NCBI GenBank assembly: GCA_965222155.1
Contig: CBDCTH010000012.1
Coordinates: forward strand, 1,440,001-1,504,000
Reading direction: 5' to 3'
Origin: Gammaproteobacteria bacterium
GTDB taxonomy: Bacteria; Pseudomonadota; Gammaproteobacteria; Eutrophobiales; Eutrophobiaceae
Length of the DNA stretch: 64,000 bases
Numbering within the stretch: position 1 is the stretch's first letter; each line of letters begins with the position of its first letter. The notes below the pieces were generated by a model. The model did not search any database. It saw nothing but the letters and a program-made list of their open reading frames with translations, and was not told the origin of the DNA. Shown piece by piece: positions 9,811-18,736 of this stretch. Both the position numbers and the translations under genes were made by a program.

Positions 9811-10599
9811 TTAATCCCCCGGTTCCCTATCCGGTGTCTTTTGCTTTTGAATGATGTTGGCAATCGTCTGGCGACGTTGCCTGACATTGCTCAGGTTTTT
9901 GTTGGTAAACGGTTCCAGGGCTGTGCAGACCTGTGCCGGAGTCAGGCCGGGTAGGTTGAGTGATTCGGACAAAGGGCGCGGCCCTGCGTCCGCTTGCAAA
10001 TCCAGAAAAGTGATCTTGAGGTTTTTCGTCAGGTGGCCGGACCGAGGCGACTCCACCTGCCAGAATTCAGGTACGCCCAGCTCGCGATAGCCGGCCTGTT
10101 TCTCACGGCTGACATGGGTGAGTGCCACCTCGACCACCAGGTCCGGCGGGTGCGAGTCGCCGTAAGCTTCGATGGTGGTTTTATCCTGATCGGTAGTCTC
10201 AATATAAGCGCTGGCTTTCTCACCAAAGTAAAAACAACAATCTGCTTCATAGCCGGTGTTTTGGGGGTCGGTAGGGCGGCGCCAACGCGCGCTATGCAAA
10301 TTGACACTGTCCATGTTCCGGTCGTAGGCGATTTCTTCAATCAGGTTGTCCAGCCAGGCTTTGATCGTTTCGTGGGCTCTGCTGGGTGACATCAGTATGA
10401 CCAAGCCGCGTACCGGGTCCAACACCACGCGCCGGAAGGCATCCTCCAGGGTCAATCGGGCCAGTTCCAACACGGTGCCTGCATCAGTATGAAAAGCGAC
10501 ATAGTCCGAGCCCAAGGCATTCTTCCTGGGAGTCAGTGTCTCCATGCCAGTATCAGGGCCAGCGTGATTGTCAAAAGGTTGGGGTAGGACAGCACTCAT
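9811..10599 (-). CDS. Uma2 (DUF820) PD-(D/E)XK endonuclease-like protein
   Basis: LMSPSRAHE, EADCCFY, PPDLVVEV, YRELGVPEFW. Confidence 0.85.
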   Translation of the reverse strand: MSAVLPQPFDNHAGPDTGMETLTPRKNALGSDYVAFHTDAGTVLELARLTLEDAFRRVVLDPVRGLVILMSPSRAHETIKAWLDNLIEEIAYDRNMDSVNLHSARWRRPTDPQNTGYEADCCFYFGEKASAYIETTDQDKTTIEAYGDSHPPDLVVEVALTHVSREKQAGYRELGVPEFWQVESPRSGHLTKNLKITFLDLQADAGPRPLSESLNLPGLTPAQVCTALEPFTNKNLSNVRQRRQTIANIIQKQKTPDREPGD

Positions 10600-10703
10600 G
10601 GTTTTCTCCGGTTTCAGGTAAGACAGTGTAGGCAGAAAAAACTGGAAAACGCAAGGCTGTTATCCGGGTTCAATACATGATCTTTTATAGGATAAAATTT
10701 TCT

Positions 10704-10731
10704 ATTTAACATAATATATATTATGCGCATA
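10704..10731 (-). other. dif: Chromosomal dif site (XerC/XerD recombination site)
   Basis: Minus strand TATGCGCATAA-TATATA-TTATGTTAAAT versus E. coli GGTGCGCATAA-TGTATA-TTATGTTAAAT; perfect XerD arm; intergenic. Confidence 0.9.
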
Positions 10732-10873
10732 TAATGAGGGGTATTTACTGGTGTTGCCTGTTTTGATCTATTGGAGCATTTCCGGTTTCCTGATATAGTT
10801 GTCATCAGACATTAAATCAGTATCTGACTACCCGGCTCTTCCCAAACAACACCAGATCGAATACTTCAGTTCA

Positions 10874-12193
10874 ATGAGAATTAATTACCTGTTTTTTATT
10901 ACCTTGTTTTTTCTGACATTCAACGCGCAGGCTGACAACTCGTTGCAAGAAACAATACATGAAGACTATGGCTATCTTGAATCGCTTTATATACACCTGC
11001 ACAAGAACCCTGAATTATCCTTTCATGAAGCCGATACCAGCCTGCGGATGGCAACTGAGCTTCGTAACCTGGGATTTACTGTCAGCGAGAAAGTTGGAGG
11101 TTACGGTGTTGTCGGGGTATTGAAAAACGGTGACGGCCCCACGGTACTACTGAGGACGGACATGGATGCCCTGCCCATTCTGGAAAAAACCGGTAAACCT
11201 TACGCCAGCACCGCGACGACAGTTGATGAGCATGGGAATAAGGTCAGTGTCATGCATGCCTGTGCACATGATGTGAATATGACCGTTTTTGTCGGTACGG
11301 CCAGGCGTCTCACGGCTATGGTAGACAAATGGCAAGGCACCCTGGTGATGATTGCCCAGCCTGCTGAAGAACGCGGCGCGGGCGCCCGGGCCATGCTGAA
11401 AGATGGTTTGTTCGAACGTTTTCCAAGGCCCGATTACAACCTGGGCTTACACGTGAGCGCATCCTTCCCGGCCGGGACAGTGATTCACACTAAAGGTTAC
11501 GTCATGGCCAGCGTTGACTCCGTTGATATCACGGTGTTTGGCATAGGTGGGCACGGTGCCTACCCACAACGTACAAAAGATCCAATCGTGTTATCCGCCC
11601 AGATCATCAATACGTTACAGACCTTGGTTTCGCGTGAGTTAAAGCCTATTGATGCCGGTGTTATCACGGTCGGTTCTATACATGGAGGGACTAAACACAA
11701 CATCATCCCCGATGAGGTGAAACTGCAATTGACAGTACGCTCATATACGGATGAAGCACGCTCCAAGTTACTTGGTGGTATTAAACGAATAGCCAAAGGC
11801 CAGGCTATTGCTATGGGACTGCCGGACGACAAATTACCCGACGTTAAAATTGCGGACGAATCAACCCCTTCCACGTATAACAATCCGGAACTGACTGAGC
11901 GTATCGTTAAGGTGTTACAGGCAAAGCTGAATGATGTGCAGATAATACCCGGTGAACCGGTAATGGGTGGAGAAGATTTCTCCCAGTACGGCCGTGTTGA
12001 ACCCAAAATACCCAGCCTGTTCCTGTTTGTAGGCGGCGTATATGCCGACAACTATGCGACAGCCAAGGAAAAAGGTGAAATTCTGCCCTCCCTGCACTCC
12101 CCTTTCTTCGCCCCTGACCCGAAACCGACCATCCTGACCGGAGTTGAGGTGATGACAACCAGCGCCCTGGAACTACTGGGTAAAACCGATTAA
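10874..12193 (+). CDS. Exported M20 family amidohydrolase (hippurate hydrolase-like)
   Basis: HLHKNPELS, RTDMDALP, MHACAHD, QPAEE, GGHGA, GGEDF; signal peptide from MRINYLFF (start refined from ORF 10799). Confidence 0.9.
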   Translation: MRINYLFFITLFFLTFNAQADNSLQETIHEDYGYLESLYIHLHKNPELSFHEADTSLRMATELRNLGFTVSEKVGGYGVVGVLKNGDGPTVLLRTDMDALPILEKTGKPYASTATTVDEHGNKVSVMHACAHDVNMTVFVGTARRLTAMVDKWQGTLVMIAQPAEERGAGARAMLKDGLFERFPRPDYNLGLHVSASFPAGTVIHTKGYVMASVDSVDITVFGIGGHGAYPQRTKDPIVLSAQIINTLQTLVSRELKPIDAGVITVGSIHGGTKHNIIPDEVKLQLTVRSYTDEARSKLLGGIKRIAKGQAIAMGLPDDKLPDVKIADESTPSTYNNPELTERIVKVLQAKLNDVQIIPGEPVMGGEDFSQYGRVEPKIPSLFLFVGGVYADNYATAKEKGEILPSLHSPFFAPDPKPTILTGVEVMTTSALELLGKTD

Positions 12194-12211
12194 AGCCTGC
12201 GAAGCAAATGA

Positions 12212-14047
12212 TTAACGGGAGCCGTTGTCGGATAATCCACTGATTGTTAAAGACGGAATGTCAAAAGCATACAGTTGCATACTTTGTAACTCTCCTTGCT
12301 GGACAATCACGGTCACGATTTGTCCGGGCCGAGCCCACTTCAACTCGGGACTGACATCGTTTGTACCATAGAACTCGACACCGTCCCAGCCATCAAGCAA
12401 CAGGTAAAAAGTATCACCAACCTGCACGACCCCGGTCACGACGGCCTCAATTCGTGTTTGAGTCGCGCTGTCCTGCAGGTCGATTCCTTTACCCTCACGG
12501 ATCAGGGCATTCTGATAATCCCGCAATGCAGCTGGAACACTCCTGCCAACACCGACTGTCTCGTAGTTACGCACGCTGACAAACGCAAACATCTTGACAA
12601 GACCATCATCCCCCTTCAGGGTCAGAAAGTAAGTGGGCTCTGTCGAGATATTGTACAAGATCGGGTTAGTACCCTTGAAACCCGCTTCTCGTACGCCTGG
12701 TGAATTTTCGGCCGATTTACGTGCGGCTGTCTCATTTGCCCCTGCGATCATGTAGCGGCGCACCTCTTTTGTCCGGGCATCAACCAATACGAATGAATTA
12801 GTGCCCGTGTCCGAGCCGGCTGACTGGATACCGGAGTACCAGTACGGGCGACCGTCAGCCCCGTAGACCAGAGACAGGCCCGAGGTGGTCTGCACAACGT
12901 CCCGCTTGCTGAACAAGGCATTCCAAAAGCCGTGAATGTAGGCCCCCCAGTAGTTAAGTTGCGTATTGACAAGCTGTTCCGGCTGGATACGATCAATCCA
13001 CTCCGGTGTGTCGGCCACTGTATAGTGGTTGATCTCCCCCGACTGCACATCAACAACCAGCACGCCACGAGTGTCACCACCACTGAAACCGATAGTCGGT
13101 TCATATCGGGTAATGACCCAAAAGGGTCGCCCGGCGTTGTCGATCTCAAAGCTGTAATCAGTCAGTCCATCGCTTGCATAACCGTTGCTGCGGACGTGAC
13201 GCACGAGGTAGTCTCCCCAATATCCGCCGGCATCAAGATAACGTAGTTTCAAGGGGGCCAATCCTGACGCCGCCTGTGATGTATCCAGGTCGCCAACAGC
13301 ATCCGAGTCAGCATCGGTCTGCTCGCTGTCGATGGCAGTGACCAGGTAGACCTTGGTCGGGTCGGTGGCACTGACCAGAACATAACCGGGAGTGGTATGA
13401 TTGGTAAACCATTTGAAGAAACCGGTATGTACCAATGGACCTACCCACACCAACTCATTCTCAAAACAGAGAGTATGCTTGGCTCCACTACCGTCCTGAA
13501 CGCCGAAACAGTCGTTGAGGGTCTGGATGTTCATGCTGCCGAGAGCAACCCGGGAACCCAGTCCGGGCTGTTCCTCGATCCTTTTTGACCCGAGGTTATA
13601 GGCAAGTTCTTGATCAACGCGTCGCACTCGATCAATAGCGACTGGCGAGACATCCGCATCGAAGACACTGACGATGGGGACGCCCAAAAGCTTATGGTAA
13701 CTCTTCGCATAGAACAAACTCCACGTGCTCAGCGGTTGCACCAGCAGCAGCATAAAAAGACCGGCTATCACGGGTATAGCGCCTGTTCTTAACAGTGATT
13801 TGCTCGCCTGCCCTGCCCTGGGCCAAAGCAATACGAGCATGATCACCACGCCCAGCAATGTTAATAGAAACCAGTTGCCTGAAAAGTTCCACCTGAAAAC
13901 CGGCATGAACAACCAACCGCACAGGCCAAAAAGAGCGAACGTCAGGCCAGCAGCACTGAGCCGACTGCTGTTATCTTTGATACCTTCGAATGAGAGCAGG
14001 AAAAATGTAATGAGTGCCGCGAAACTGCCGTAGATGAGGAAATACAT
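12212..14047 (-). CDS. Conserved hypothetical membrane-anchored protein (about 4 N-terminal TM helices plus large soluble domain)
   Basis: 611-aa ORF with strong RBS AAGGAGG; hydrophobic first ~110 aa; no recognised catalytic motif. Confidence 0.7.
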   Translation of the reverse strand: MYFLIYGSFAALITFFLLSFEGIKDNSSRLSAAGLTFALFGLCGWLFMPVFRWNFSGNWFLLTLLGVVIMLVLLWPRAGQASKSLLRTGAIPVIAGLFMLLLVQPLSTWSLFYAKSYHKLLGVPIVSVFDADVSPVAIDRVRRVDQELAYNLGSKRIEEQPGLGSRVALGSMNIQTLNDCFGVQDGSGAKHTLCFENELVWVGPLVHTGFFKWFTNHTTPGYVLVSATDPTKVYLVTAIDSEQTDADSDAVGDLDTSQAASGLAPLKLRYLDAGGYWGDYLVRHVRSNGYASDGLTDYSFEIDNAGRPFWVITRYEPTIGFSGGDTRGVLVVDVQSGEINHYTVADTPEWIDRIQPEQLVNTQLNYWGAYIHGFWNALFSKRDVVQTTSGLSLVYGADGRPYWYSGIQSAGSDTGTNSFVLVDARTKEVRRYMIAGANETAARKSAENSPGVREAGFKGTNPILYNISTEPTYFLTLKGDDGLVKMFAFVSVRNYETVGVGRSVPAALRDYQNALIREGKGIDLQDSATQTRIEAVVTGVVQVGDTFYLLLDGWDGVEFYGTNDVSPELKWARPGQIVTVIVQQGELQSMQLYAFDIPSLTISGLSDNGSR

Positions 14048-14203
14048 ACGCTACCTCCTTGAAAAAAGTTAAACCCACCAGGGGTCTGATAGTCCGTTGA
14101 ATACGATTAGCATGACAAGAATACACTGCCTATTATACCCTGTTTCTGAATATCCACAATAAAATACAGTAATATAACAGCAATAAATACGGGTAATGCT
14201 GTA

Positions 14204-15733
14204 ATGGCCACATTTGAAACATTATTGGCGAATTCATTAGAGCGGGCCAGGCAAGTGGCACAGGATAATATCGTACAATCCACCGGCCTGTCACGCACCC
14301 ATAGGGAGCGCCTGCTCAAAGCCGGTTGGTTGACACCGGTGATACGAGGTTGGTATATCCTTGGTCATCCAGGTGAACAAGGTGAAGCAACGCAATGGTT
14401 TGCTTCCTACTGGGCCTTCATTTACCAATACCTGGGCAAGCGATTTGGGGCCGATTACTGCCTGTCGGCAGAATCCTCTCTTGATTTTCACCTGAATCAG
14501 AATGCAGCATCTCCTCAATTAATCGTGATGACGGGCAAAGGCGGTAGCAACCGACTTGAGTTGTTACATCAGACCTCACTATTCATGTACGAAACAACAG
14601 AGTTACCAGATGACAGAGAAATCCGGCTTGGGATACAAACACTGCCTTTAGCAACCGCCTTATGTCGCAGTTCACCTGCCTTATTCAGCCATGAACCCGT
14701 TAAAGCAGAAATCGCACTTCGTATGGTTGATCCGACACAGTTGATTAGAATATTACTTGAGGGTGGTCACCCCAGTATTGCTGGCCGACTCATTGGTGCA
14801 TATCGCTTTTTAGGTGATGATAACGCAGCACGAATTATAGAAAACAGCATGGTCGCTGTCGGACATCAGGTAAGACCTGAGAATCCTTTTGAATCGAATC
14901 AACCGGTTTTCGGAAAGAGAACGGTACGTCTTACCTCATCTTATGCGGCTCGCATTCGAGCGCAATGGCAAGCCATGCGAGAAGCCATCGTTACCCGGTT
15001 TTCGGAACCTCGCGGGTTGACAACAGATCAAACCGCTTCCATGAAGGAAATCGAAGAGCTGTACCAACATGATGCCTACCACTCGTTATCGATCGAGGGC
15101 TATGAAGTTACACCGGAGTTGATTGAGCGTGTACGAACCCGCGAATGGAATCCTGATGCTATTCAATCTGACGCAGAGCAGCGTAGTGCAATGGCAGCAA
15201 AAGGTTACGCCAACGCATTCAGAATTGTCTGCGAGAGTGTGCAAAAAGTATTCGACGGCGGACCCGCCGGAGAAACTGTAAAACAGGATTTACAAGACTG
15301 GTACCAGGCTTTATTTTCACCTGGCGTTCAGGCCGGCATCATCCAACCTGCTGAACTGGCCGGCTATAGAAATGCTCAAGTCTATATCCGTAACTCTGCC
15401 CATGTCCCCTTACCGAAAGAGGCTTTACTCGATGCACTGGACGCTTACTTTGAGTGCTTAATCGATGAACCTGAGCCCATTGTCGGCGCCATACTGGGGC
15501 ATTTCTTCTTCGTTTTTATTCATCCATATATGGATGGTAATGGTCGGATTGGTCGTTTTCTCATGAATGTCATGCTAGTGTCAGGCGGTTATCGCTGGAC
15601 CATAATTCGATCGAATAAATCACGCCGCGAACAATACATGCAAGCATTAGAGCAGGCGTCCGTACATAATAATATTATTCCGCTGGCCGAATTCATCAAG
15701 GTAGAAATGGCGGTGGAATGGAATACAGGATAA
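14204..15733 (+). CDS. Fic-domain protein with long N-terminal extension
   Basis: HPYMDGNGRIGR Fic motif; YHSLSIEG. Confidence 0.9.
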   Translation: MATFETLLANSLERARQVAQDNIVQSTGLSRTHRERLLKAGWLTPVIRGWYILGHPGEQGEATQWFASYWAFIYQYLGKRFGADYCLSAESSLDFHLNQNAASPQLIVMTGKGGSNRLELLHQTSLFMYETTELPDDREIRLGIQTLPLATALCRSSPALFSHEPVKAEIALRMVDPTQLIRILLEGGHPSIAGRLIGAYRFLGDDNAARIIENSMVAVGHQVRPENPFESNQPVFGKRTVRLTSSYAARIRAQWQAMREAIVTRFSEPRGLTTDQTASMKEIEELYQHDAYHSLSIEGYEVTPELIERVRTREWNPDAIQSDAEQRSAMAAKGYANAFRIVCESVQKVFDGGPAGETVKQDLQDWYQALFSPGVQAGIIQPAELAGYRNAQVYIRNSAHVPLPKEALLDALDAYFECLIDEPEPIVGAILGHFFFVFIHPYMDGNGRIGRFLMNVMLVSGGYRWTIIRSNKSRREQYMQALEQASVHNNIIPLAEFIKVEMAVEWNTG

Positions 15734-15808
15734 TTGATATGTTTGAGAAATACAGACGGCACCATAAATCAGCGTTTTCAGAATTAATCCATAACCGTCG
15801 ATTTTTCC

Positions 15809-15905
15809 CAGGCGCTCCCGCTAAATCGAGGTTTAAGACACGGGGGACAGATTTAAATCTGTCCCCTGGGAGTCTGGCCATCCCGGGAGTTAGCGGGAAC
15901 TGCTG
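15809..15905. mobile_element. 97-bp MITE family B (CAG..TCCCGCTAA ends), imperfect 9-bp TSD, inserted in the last codons of the EndoQ-like gene
   Basis: CAGGCGCTCCCGCTAA ... TTAGCGGGAACTGCTG; flanks GATTTTTCC / GGTTTTTCC; internal GGGGACAGATTTAAATCTGTCCCC palindrome. Confidence 0.8.
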
Positions 15906-17245
15906 GGTTTTTCCAGTGGCTTGGCTTGTCGATTATCTCGCGTTATAGCCGCATCCCGGACCGCATCGAATAAGCTGATAGTGACAGTTTGCTTCAGTTC
16001 ATCTTCATGGAACAGTTTAATCCTGCCGTATTCACCATCATAACCGGCCTCGCGGATCACGTCACCTTTGCGCATACGAGCAATAGCCTCGGCGATCAGG
16101 GAGGAATTGGAAAGGTTTTGGATCTCCTCCAGGGGGATGTCATTCAATATCGCCAATTCCGCTCCCAGCTTGTATAACAACTGCTCGTATTCTTTGACTA
16201 CCCTTTTACTGTTCGGACCAACACCCTGCGTCTCGGCAATTACCTTGGGTAAGGGAACCAGGCTGACAAACGGATCGGTGACTTTCGGCCTTTCCTCCTC
16301 CGTTCGATCGGCCAATTCCTGTACACGGTGCATCACGCCCAGGGTCAACGGCTTATTACACACGGGACAGATACCATCGAGTTTACGACTCTCTTCGGGA
16401 GACAGGCGCACTTTGCACTTCCGATGTCCATCCAGATAGTACTTGCCTTCTTCGGGGAAGAATTCCGCACTACCGTCGTACCCTTTACCCGTCTCCAGGG
16501 CGTGCTGCATGGAAAAATAATCCAGGTCGGTAGTGAACATGCAAGCCTCGCGTCCCAGCTTGGCCGGGGAATGAGCATCCGAGTTGGAGACCAGGCGATA
16601 ACGGTCCAGTTCAGATACACGCCGGTTCATCTCAGGGTCAGACGACAGACCGGTCTCTACGGCAAAGATATGCTCCGCCAGATCGCCGTAACACTCACTG
16701 ATTGAGTCAAAGCCGGACTTTGAGCCCAGGACGGCAAACCAGGGTGTCCAGATATGGGCAGGCACCAGGTAGCAGTCCTCACCGGCCTCTAATACAATTT
16801 CCAATAAATGACGGGAATCCAGTCCCAGGATGGGACGTCCGTCAGACTTGATATTACCGATGCGGTCGAGTTTCCGGTTAATGAATTCGGCCTGTGCAAG
16901 GGTCGGCGCATAGATCAGGTGATGGATCTTGCGTGTCTTGTCACCTTTTTTGTATATGGTAGATATCTCGACCGACAACATAAAACGGGTTACGCCATGA
17001 CAACTTCCCGGTAATTTCCCCATCACTTCCTTATCAATATCATCGCGTAAGCGGAACAACCCCGGTTCTGCAGGTACCAGTTTTTCCTTTATTTCGCTGA
17101 ACCAGGCCGGATGGGTAAAGTCACCGGTGCCGATAACGGTGATACCTTTTTTACGTCCCCATAAACTCAAGTGCTCCAAGTCACAATCCTTGCTGGTCGC
17201 GCGGGAATATTTGGAATGGATATGAAGATCGGCATAAAAACGCAT
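15890..17245 (-). CDS. PHP-domain endonuclease Q-like protein
   Basis: ADLHIHSKYSRATS, GTGDFTHP, DGRPILG, PAHIWTPW, ETGLSSD, SNSDAHS, GKY..DGHRKC/CPVC zinc site, GYDGEYG. Confidence 0.85.
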   Translation of the reverse strand: MRFYADLHIHSKYSRATSKDCDLEHLSLWGRKKGITVIGTGDFTHPAWFSEIKEKLVPAEPGLFRLRDDIDKEVMGKLPGSCHGVTRFMLSVEISTIYKKGDKTRKIHHLIYAPTLAQAEFINRKLDRIGNIKSDGRPILGLDSRHLLEIVLEAGEDCYLVPAHIWTPWFAVLGSKSGFDSISECYGDLAEHIFAVETGLSSDPEMNRRVSELDRYRLVSNSDAHSPAKLGREACMFTTDLDYFSMQHALETGKGYDGSAEFFPEEGKYYLDGHRKCKVRLSPEESRKLDGICPVCNKPLTLGVMHRVQELADRTEEERPKVTDPFVSLVPLPKVIAETQGVGPNSKRVVKEYEQLLYKLGAELAILNDIPLEEIQNLSNSSLIAEAIARMRKGDVIREAGYDGEYGRIKLFHEDELKQTVTISLFDAVRDAAITRDNRQAKPLEKPSSSR

Positions 17246-17333
17246 GGGTCAAATCATACCTGATAATAAACTGAGCGCGGCCGGAACAGAGAGCATGCAT
17301 TCGTCAGGATGACGATACATGTTTGGCGGACTC

Positions 17334-18305
17334 TCAGGGAATCAGGATCGGAGAACCGACGAGGGAGCGGTCCTCAAGGTGCATGTGTGCCTGAGCAGCG
17401 TCTTCCAGAGGAAAAGATACGCCTGTTTCAACGGTTAGCAGGCCGCTGGTTATCGCCGTGAAATAGCGTTCGGCAGACAACAGCAACTCATCCCTGTTCC
17501 GGGTATACCCATACAATGTCGGCCGGGTCAGGAACAGGTTGCCGCGTTTTGCCAGTTCTAAAACATCCAAAGGGTCCGGTTTCCCTGAAGCATTGCCGAA
17601 GCTGACCATCATGCCCCTGGGCCTGATACAGTCCAGCGATTTCATAAAAGTGGACTTGCCAATCGAGTCATAGGCGATATTGACCCCCTGCCCTTGCGTC
17701 AGGTCTTTTACCTGCGGGATAAAATCCTCCTGGTGCAACAGTACCTCCGTACAACCATTTTCCCGGGCGATTTCCACTTTCTCTTCGGACCCGACCGTGC
17801 CGATCACTATTGCGCCGATCTTGTTAGCCCACTGACATAGAATTCTTCCTGCGCCGCCGGCCGCAGCATGAACCAGTACCGTCTCCCCTGCCTTTAACTC
17901 ATACAGCCGATGAGTCAGGTATTCTGCGGTCAGGCCGCGGGTCAACGTAGCCCCGGCTATCCCATCGGAAATACCGTCCGGCAAAGGCACGAGCACGTTC
18001 GCATCCATCACCCGTTCATCCACGTAAGCGCCTAGTGGTTTTGAGGCATACGCAACCCGGTCTCCGGGTTTGAATTCGCTGATGCCGACGCCGACAGCTT
18101 CAATAACGCCCGAAGCCTGGTCGCCGGGTATGAGCGGTAATTCAGCCGGATATAGCCCGGAGCGGTAATACGTATCGATGTAATTTACGCCGATGGCCGT
18201 ATTCCGCAACAATACTTCACCCGGGCCGGGTTGGCTGACGTGGTTATCCTGGCAGGACAGAACCTCAGGTCCGCCACATTCATTTACAAATACCGCCTTA
18301 CCCAT
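17334..18305 (-). CDS. qor: NADPH:quinone oxidoreductase (zeta-crystallin family)
   Basis: AIGVNYIDTYYRSGLYP, HAAAGGAG, SFGNASG, LFLTRPTL. Confidence 0.88.
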   Translation of the reverse strand: MGKAVFVNECGGPEVLSCQDNHVSQPGPGEVLLRNTAIGVNYIDTYYRSGLYPAELPLIPGDQASGVIEAVGVGISEFKPGDRVAYASKPLGAYVDERVMDANVLVPLPDGISDGIAGATLTRGLTAEYLTHRLYELKAGETVLVHAAAGGAGRILCQWANKIGAIVIGTVGSEEKVEIARENGCTEVLLHQEDFIPQVKDLTQGQGVNIAYDSIGKSTFMKSLDCIRPRGMMVSFGNASGKPDPLDVLELAKRGNLFLTRPTLYGYTRNRDELLLSAERYFTAITSGLLTVETGVSFPLEDAAQAHMHLEDRSLVGSPILIP

Positions 18306-18422
18306 GATTGTCCTGTCCGCCTCATCAATTTTTTGTTCTATTATGCGTCACAAAAAAAATATGACAACCGCTAATAATTTACCATGAGTACTCCAAATCA
18401 ATCCACGACATCATTGAAAATT

Positions 18423-18598
18423 CAGCAGTTCCCGCTAACTCCCGGGATCGAGGGCATCCTGCCCTCGTGGAGGGCGAGACGCCCTCCCTCCCAGGGGAAA
18501 ATGCCCGTGACTCCTGGGGGACAGATTTAAATCTGTCCCCTCTGTCTTCGAATCCGGCAAGAATCACTGTATTGACTTCGAGTTAGCGGGAGCACCTG
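18423..18598. mobile_element. 176-bp MITE family B, perfect 9-bp TSD TTGAAAATT
   Basis: TIR CAGCAGTTCCCGCTAACTC / GAGTTAGCGGGAGCACCTG; TSD 18414-18422 and 18599-18607; carries two palindromic modules. Confidence 0.88.
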
Positions 18599-18736
18599 TT
18601 GAAAATTACGCACTGGACGGTGGCGTCATGGCGAGAATATATGGCTTCGGATTAAAGGGTACGGTCATCGCTTCTTTGTTGCTGTGTCCGTTGTTGAGAA
18701 TGTTACACTTTATCAGGCAACACAGAGCGAAAACAA

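Noticed and set aside
15890-17245. EndoQ-UvrD fusion truncated by the MITE
   Set aside because: The reconstructed empty site has its own stop five codons later, and no helicase remnant follows.
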